Part shown: positions 59,206-64,000 of the stretch, in pieces | How positions within the stretch are numbered: the stretch's first letter is position 1 | How the letters are laid out: each line of letters begins with the position of its first letter | From: a virus | IMG/VR virus record: IMGVR_UViG_3300042484_000873 | Coordinates: 1-64,000 of that record | DNA: 64,000 nt | Direction: 5' to 3' (one strand) | The notes under the pieces: model-generated | The model's database searches: none | What the model saw: only the letters and a program-made list of their open reading frames with translations | Told to the model about the DNA's origin: nothing | Position numbers and translations under genes: made by a program

Positions 59206-59210
59206 CACAA

Positions 59211-59293
59211 ATCCTTTATATGATATTTATCAGGATCTATTTTCAGGCATAAATTAATAATTTTTACAAAGGATAGGATTACTAAATATAAGC
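59211..59293. promoter_or_regulatory. Divergent late promoters: ATAAATA (minus, 59230-59224) and CTAAATA (plus, 59282-59288), with inverted repeat 59211-59220/59265-59274
   Basis: Motifs face both divergent operons; the repeat covers the AAAGGA RBS of the minus-strand gene. Confidence 0.6.
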
Positions 59294-60637
59294 ATGATAA
59301 ACAACGAAGATACCGTATGCCACTTGCGTTGGGGATATCCCAACTTTAGTCTCTCCCGCAATGAAATTCGCACCTGCTGCAAGACACCATTTCAAACCAT
59401 CAATGATGGTATGATGGACAAGTACGGTACAGATATTTTTCTGAACACTGATTATCAGAAAAAAAGAAGAATGGAAATGCTTCAGGGAGTTAAACATAGT
59501 GACTGCAAAAGTTGCTGGAGTTTAGAAGAAGCCGGAGCAAAAAGTTTGCGTGGTAACAACCCATACGGGTTTATAGATTATGCCAACAGACATCAGATGT
59601 TTCAGGAATTTACGCTTCCTACGCTAGTAGAGATAGCTAATCAAGTTACAATAGACAGTAAAATACTAGAAAGCAATAATCCATTCATGCTTGAGGTAAG
59701 TCTAGGTAATACATGTGATATGAAGTGTATGTACTGTAATCATGTATATAGTAGCCAGTGGGCATCAGAAAGTTTAAAGAACAATACCATCAACATAGAA
59801 ATCTATAAACAAGTACAAACAAATCCCAATGAAAGATTCATTAATTTGTTTTGGAATTGGGTAGATACAAAAGCAAAACATTCATTAGACAGAATTGGTA
59901 TCATCGGCGGTGAACCATTGATTACTCCTGAGTTCTATGATTTCTTAGATAAGCTAATAGAAGTCTATGCTGATAAAGAAGGTTCTAAAACTAGAATCTG
60001 GGTAGTTACTAATTTAAATGCCACAGACAATTACTATAACAAGTTTTTAGAATACATTCCTAAACTATCAGATAAATTCATATTAGAAGTTCACATCAGT
60101 ATGGAAGCATTGAGTGACCAAGCTGAATATATTCGCAATGGACTTGAGTGGAGTCGATTTGAAAGTAATGTAAATAAAATATTTGCTAGTGATGCTGACA
60201 TTGAATTAGCATTTTTACCAAGTGTCACTGCGTTGGCTATACCAAGATTTCCTAAGTTTCTCAAATGGGTCTATGATTTATCTAAGACACATGACAAGGC
60301 AGTCATGCTTAAACAAAACATAGTGACACATCCCGATGTTCAATCACCGTTTATATTGCCTCCAGAATTTGCTGACTACTTAGATCCTGCGATTGATTGG
60401 ATGCAAAGTATATCAGTAGATATGCCAGATGTTAGTGACAAATTTGGCACATGGCCCGGCTATACTGATTTTTTAATTAAACTACGTGATGGTATTAGAT
60501 TCAACAAGAATGACAACACTATGCTTAAACAAAGATTTGCTACATGGTTTGATGACTTTGATAAAAAAAGAAATTTGAATTTTGTTAACACGTTCCCTGA
60601 ACTAGCAAAATTCTACGATGAATGTAAAACACAATAA
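59294..60637 (+). CDS. Radical SAM enzyme with an N-terminal SPASM-like domain (paralog of 43130-44491)
   Basis: CHLRWGYP...TCCKTP...CKSCW; CDMKCMYC; IGGEP; D.KR...TFPEL. Confidence 0.9.
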   Translation: MINNEDTVCHLRWGYPNFSLSRNEIRTCCKTPFQTINDGMMDKYGTDIFLNTDYQKKRRMEMLQGVKHSDCKSCWSLEEAGAKSLRGNNPYGFIDYANRHQMFQEFTLPTLVEIANQVTIDSKILESNNPFMLEVSLGNTCDMKCMYCNHVYSSQWASESLKNNTINIEIYKQVQTNPNERFINLFWNWVDTKAKHSLDRIGIIGGEPLITPEFYDFLDKLIEVYADKEGSKTRIWVVTNLNATDNYYNKFLEYIPKLSDKFILEVHISMEALSDQAEYIRNGLEWSRFESNVNKIFASDADIELAFLPSVTALAIPRFPKFLKWVYDLSKTHDKAVMLKQNIVTHPDVQSPFILPPEFADYLDPAIDWMQSISVDMPDVSDKFGTWPGYTDFLIKLRDGIRFNKNDNTMLKQRFATWFDDFDKKRNLNFVNTFPELAKFYDECKTQ

Positions 60638-60646
60638 GGAGTTAGT

Positions 60647-60748
60647 ATGAAATGGATTAAAAATTTAATAGATAAAATTCGAATGGAAATTTACTATCGA
60701 AAACGTCTTAAAGAACTTAAAAAACGAGACCCATTCATCTACAAATAA
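60647..60748 (+). CDS. 33-aa basic peptide ending RDPFIYK (absent from the ORF track)
   Basis: AAGGAG RBS; MKWIKNLIDKIRMEIYYRKRLKELKKRDPFIYK; fills the gap up to the carbamoyltransferase ATG. Confidence 0.8.
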   Translation: MKWIKNLIDKIRMEIYYRKRLKELKKRDPFIYK

Positions 60749-60750
60749 GC

Positions 60751-62250
60751 ATGAACTATATTGGAATATCATGCGGCTTCCATGATGCCGCAGTAAGTGT
60801 TATAGATGACAACGGTAACATTTTGTTTGCGGGTCACAGTGAACGATACAGTAAAAACAAACATGATTCACACCTATGTCTCCCTTTAATCACTGATGCC
60901 AAATCATACATGGATAGTGATGAATATCAAGTTCACTACTATGAAAGACCTTGGGTTAAGTATTTAAGACAACTGCGTTCCGGAGAACCACGCTCATTGC
61001 GTAACTTATCAGCTAAGAATGTGATAGGGTCATCTATAGTTAAGCATCAGCTAGATAACAAAACTATACACACTCACAATCATCATTTAAGTCATGCTGC
61101 CGCAGGCTTTCAGACAAGTCCCTACGATGATGCTACTGTAGTTGTTATTGACGCTATTGGCGAGTTTGATACTATAAGCATTTACAACGCATGGTATGAT
61201 AAGAATGGCAAAGCACAGTATAAGAAGTTATGGGGGCAACATTATCCGCATAGTATAGGATTATTCTATAGTGCTATGACACAACGTGTAGGACTACGCC
61301 CATTAGACGAAGAATATATTCTCATGGGTATGGCAGCTTATGGTAAACCAAACTTAAAAAAAGAATTAAAAGAAATGTCTGACACATTAGTAAAATCATA
61401 CAAAGACATTACTTTCAAACATAACTTGCACATGGGTGTAACTGATACTTTCTTAGAAGGTGCAGATGACATGGATATCGCATGTAGCGCACAACTAATT
61501 GCTGAACAGTTAATTACTAATGTTATCAGTAAAGCAAAAATGTTGGGTGGTAGTAAGAATCTTGTATATAGTGGCGGCGTAGCATTAAATTGTTTAGCAA
61601 ATAGATTATTAGGAAATTTTTATGAAAACATTTGGATTATGCCTAATCCTGGCGATGCTGGTTCTAGTCTTGGAGCGGCCTGTCTTGGCTATAGTAAACG
61701 TGTTAATTGGACTAACGCTTTTCTCGGCTATGACATTAGTGGGCCTTATCCTACTAATCGTATACTTGATAGCCTACTCACTGATAAAATTGTGGGAGTC
61801 GCTAACGGACGAGCAGAGTTTGGCCCAAGGGCCTTGGGAAATAGAAGCTTACTTGCAGACCCTAGAGGAACAGAAATCAAGGACGCAGTAAATGAAATCA
61901 AACGAAGACAAAAATTTAGACCTTTTGCGCCAGTCATTTTGGAGGAATATGCTGATACTTATTTTGATATGCCTCGTGGTTTCAATAATAGTAGGTATAT
62001 GCAGTCAATCGCCCGTTGTAGGGTTCCTGACTTATTTCCTGCTATCGTTCACCACGACGGCACTAGTCGTGTCCAGACTGTCCCAAAAGATGGAAGTGGA
62101 ATACGAGAACTCCTTGAAAAATGGTACGTCTTGACTGGTTGTCCAATGTTATTGAACACATCATTGAACATCAGGGGCGAGCCAATGGTAAATGACCAAA
62201 AAGATGCGGATCGTTTTGAATTAATGTATAATGTTAAAGTTATATCATAA
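60751..62250 (+). CDS. O-carbamoyltransferase, NodU/CmcH/TobZ family
   Basis: HDAA, ERYS..KHD, HHLSHAA, DAIGE, GGVALNC, PGDAG, GRAEFGPRALGNRS, RPFAP, SRVQTV, LLNTSLN..GEP. Confidence 0.95.
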   Translation: MNYIGISCGFHDAAVSVIDDNGNILFAGHSERYSKNKHDSHLCLPLITDAKSYMDSDEYQVHYYERPWVKYLRQLRSGEPRSLRNLSAKNVIGSSIVKHQLDNKTIHTHNHHLSHAAAGFQTSPYDDATVVVIDAIGEFDTISIYNAWYDKNGKAQYKKLWGQHYPHSIGLFYSAMTQRVGLRPLDEEYILMGMAAYGKPNLKKELKEMSDTLVKSYKDITFKHNLHMGVTDTFLEGADDMDIACSAQLIAEQLITNVISKAKMLGGSKNLVYSGGVALNCLANRLLGNFYENIWIMPNPGDAGSSLGAACLGYSKRVNWTNAFLGYDISGPYPTNRILDSLLTDKIVGVANGRAEFGPRALGNRSLLADPRGTEIKDAVNEIKRRQKFRPFAPVILEEYADTYFDMPRGFNNSRYMQSIARCRVPDLFPAIVHHDGTSRVQTVPKDGSGIRELLEKWYVLTGCPMLLNTSLNIRGEPMVNDQKDADRFELMYNVKVIS

Positions 62251-62253
62251 GTA
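62247..62253 (+). promoter_or_regulatory. Late promoter variant ATAAGTA
   Basis: 7 nt upstream of the ATG at 62261; no SD sequence in between. Confidence 0.5.
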
Positions 62254-62260
62254 AGTATCT

Positions 62261-64000
62261 ATGTTAAGAGATGTATTTTATTACGGTAAAAAACCGAATG
62301 CCCACCCAAGAGAACAACACGCAATTGATTTAGCTGATGCTAGACAACAATCTACCACAGAACATTTTTGGATAATTAACGAACTATGTGATTATCGAAA
62401 TTTTGACTGGGACTTTGATTTTGATTTCTTGCCTGACGAAGATGTGTGGGCACAAGAGCATAACAATGTATGGCCTAGTCAGCATCAAAAAGATAGCGGC
62501 ACCTGGTTATGTAACACGGATAATACACACGCATTAACAATCTACCGCAATGATGTAGAACCGGTGATTCGCCGTAGAGAAAAATCAGACGCTTGGATAT
62601 TAGTTGACTTGATTGATGAAACTAAGTTTGATTTATCATGGCATCCAGACCCAACGGATCCCCCATTCATTTACAAATGGGGTAGTAAGTTTATACCAGC
62701 ACAAGTTCAAGCCTGCTTAGAATATCATACTCCTAAGGCTACTCAAGTTAAGTACATGGATCAGAATATTGAACTATTACCTAACATTGAATGCTGGAAA
62801 GAATATTATTCAATTGATAAAACTACATTTGACATGAGTTGGAGACCAGATCCAACAAGCCCTCCCTACATATATGTATGGGGTAACAAGTATATTCCCG
62901 GTGAATTAGAAGCAACTATTGAGTATCATTGTCCCGGTGCAACAGAACGCAAGTATGTGGATACTCTTGTTGACGTATTACCGCAGCAAGAACGATGGAA
63001 TATAGTACAACAACCAAAATACTTTGATTACAGTTGGAGACCTGATCCACGTGAACCGGCATACATCTATGTATGGGGTAATAAACACATTGCCGGAGAA
63101 CTAAAGTCCACGATTGAATATCACTGCCCCGGTGCAACAGAACGCAAATACATGGGTGACATTGAAGTAGAACCTGAAATGGATCGATGGAAAGTAATAC
63201 AGGACATTGACAAAACTAAGTTTGACATGAGTTGGAGACCGGATCCGCGTGAACCGGCATACATCTATGTATGGGGTAACAAATATGACCCTGCTGAAGT
63301 TAAGCCTACTTTAGAATATACAGTACCGGGTGCTACTGATAAAAAGTACATGGGTATTGTAGATTTAGAACCAGAGTGGGATAGATGGAAAGAACATATA
63401 CTTGTAGATAGAAACTCATTTGATTTTAGTTGGAGACCAGACCCCAACTTACATGAACTACCTTATATCTATGTATGGGGTAATAAATTTCACCCAGCTG
63501 AAGAAAAACCCACTGTTGAATATCACGTGCCGGGTGCTACTGAGTACAAGTACATGGGTATTGTTGATTTAGAACCTGAATGGGATAGATGGAATATAGT
63601 TATTCCTATTGATATGAATAGTTTTGATTTTAGATGGAGACCTGATCCTAATCTATATGAACCACCGATGATATATGTTTTTGGTAACAAGTGGAATGAT
63701 AGTGCGACTGAACCAACAATAGAGTATATTGTTCCCGGCGCCACTGTTAAAAAATATATGGACTATCCTCTTGCTATACCTAAGATTGATATGTCACTAT
63801 GGACAGTAAGCAACAACGATGACTTAGAAACATTTGACTTTAGTTGGAGACCTAATCCACATAGTCCACCTCAAATATATCAGTGGGCTGATAATGGTCC
63901 TCGCTATACTGTACCTGATGCGACAGAAGTAGTATTGATGGAACGTATTGAAAATACACAGAAATCAGAAGTTAATCGTTATAAAATTAAAACAACATTA
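62261..64000 (+). CDS. Repeat-containing protein, at least 580 aa, truncated at the window end (absent from the ORF track); possibly glycosyltransferase-derived
   Basis: Open from ATG 62261 (MLRDVFYYGKKPNAHPRE...) to the end of the window; seven FD.SW(R/H)P(D/N)P repeats. Confidence 0.85.
   Translation, partial: MLRDVFYYGKKPNAHPREQHAIDLADARQQSTTEHFWIINELCDYRNFDWDFDFDFLPDEDVWAQEHNNVWPSQHQKDSGTWLCNTDNTHALTIYRNDVEPVIRRREKSDAWILVDLIDETKFDLSWHPDPTDPPFIYKWGSKFIPAQVQACLEYHTPKATQVKYMDQNIELLPNIECWKEYYSIDKTTFDMSWRPDPTSPPYIYVWGNKYIPGELEATIEYHCPGATERKYVDTLVDVLPQQERWNIVQQPKYFDYSWRPDPREPAYIYVWGNKHIAGELKSTIEYHCPGATERKYMGDIEVEPEMDRWKVIQDIDKTKFDMSWRPDPREPAYIYVWGNKYDPAEVKPTLEYTVPGATDKKYMGIVDLEPEWDRWKEHILVDRNSFDFSWRPDPNLHELPYIYVWGNKFHPAEEKPTVEYHVPGATEYKYMGIVDLEPEWDRWNIVIPIDMNSFDFRWRPDPNLYEPPMIYVFGNKWNDSATEPTIEYIVPGATVKKYMDYPLAIPKIDMSLWTVSNNDDLETFDFSWRPNPHSPPQIYQWADNGPRYTVPDATEVVLMERIENTQKSEVNRYKIKTTL
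62590..63930 (+). repeat. Seven in-frame repeats of 65-70 aa (195-210 nt)
   Basis: Trp codons of W(R/H)P(D/N)P at 62639, 62840, 63035, 63233, 63431, 63635, 63845; consensus FD.SWRPDP.EP.YIYVWGNK...E...T.EY..PGATE.KYM. Confidence 0.9.

Noticed and set aside
42189-60637. Assigning the radical SAM genes to QueE/7-deazaguanine, MoaA, NrdG or PqqE pathways
   Set aside because: No queC, queD, folE, dpdA, moaC, nrdD or pqq partners in the window, and the domain architectures differ.
697-63744. Many short (60-150 aa) overlapping ORFs in the six-frame track
   Set aside because: They overlap well-supported genes in other frames or strands and lack RBS or motif support.
62590-63930. Repeats considered as a CRISPR array or DGR template/variable pair
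   Set aside because: Periods are multiples of 3 (195-210 nt) within one ORF, differences are largely synonymous rather than adenine-specific, and no cas or reverse transcriptase gene is in the window.
1-64000. Alternative genetic code (stop-codon reassignment)
   Set aside because: Genes are full length and tightly packed in the standard code, including an 18.9-kb ORF.

Overview
This 64-kb AT-rich window comes from a large T4-like (myovirus, probably jumbo-class) phage genome read in the standard genetic code. From left to right it holds four blocks. (1) A truncated, hairpin-rich non-coding segment (1-210), then a minus-strand block encoding a Holliday junction resolvase, gp46/Rad50, gp47/Mre11 and the gp55 late sigma factor. 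(2) A plus-strand baseplate/tail block: tail-tube-initiator-like protein, gp53/LysM-like wedge, hub protein, gp5/VgrG-like spike with a long extension, gp25, gp6, a 6285-aa repeat-rich giant, and fibre proteins. (3) From ~39.0 kb, a ~25-kb enzyme cluster that looks like a biosynthetic gene cluster: 3 glycosyltransferase-like genes, 11 radical SAM enzymes (9 with an N-terminal SPASM/twitch-like domain, 1 with the usual C-terminal twitch, 1 cobalamin-binding), 2OG-Fe(II)-like oxygenase domains, class I methyltransferases, an SGNH-like protein, a 33-aa peptide and a NodU/TobZ-type carbamoyltransferase. (4) A repeat protein that runs off the right end. Each transcription unit of the cluster starts at a T4-late-like (A/C)TAA(A/G)TA motif, the same motif found in front of the structural genes. 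My main hypothesis (inference) is a late-expressed phage pathway that builds a heavily tailored glycan on the virion; DNA hypermodification is the main alternative. Several late promoters sit in the loops of inverted repeats that would hide the downstream RBS or start codon. All product calls come from motif recognition by eye; no database searches were run.
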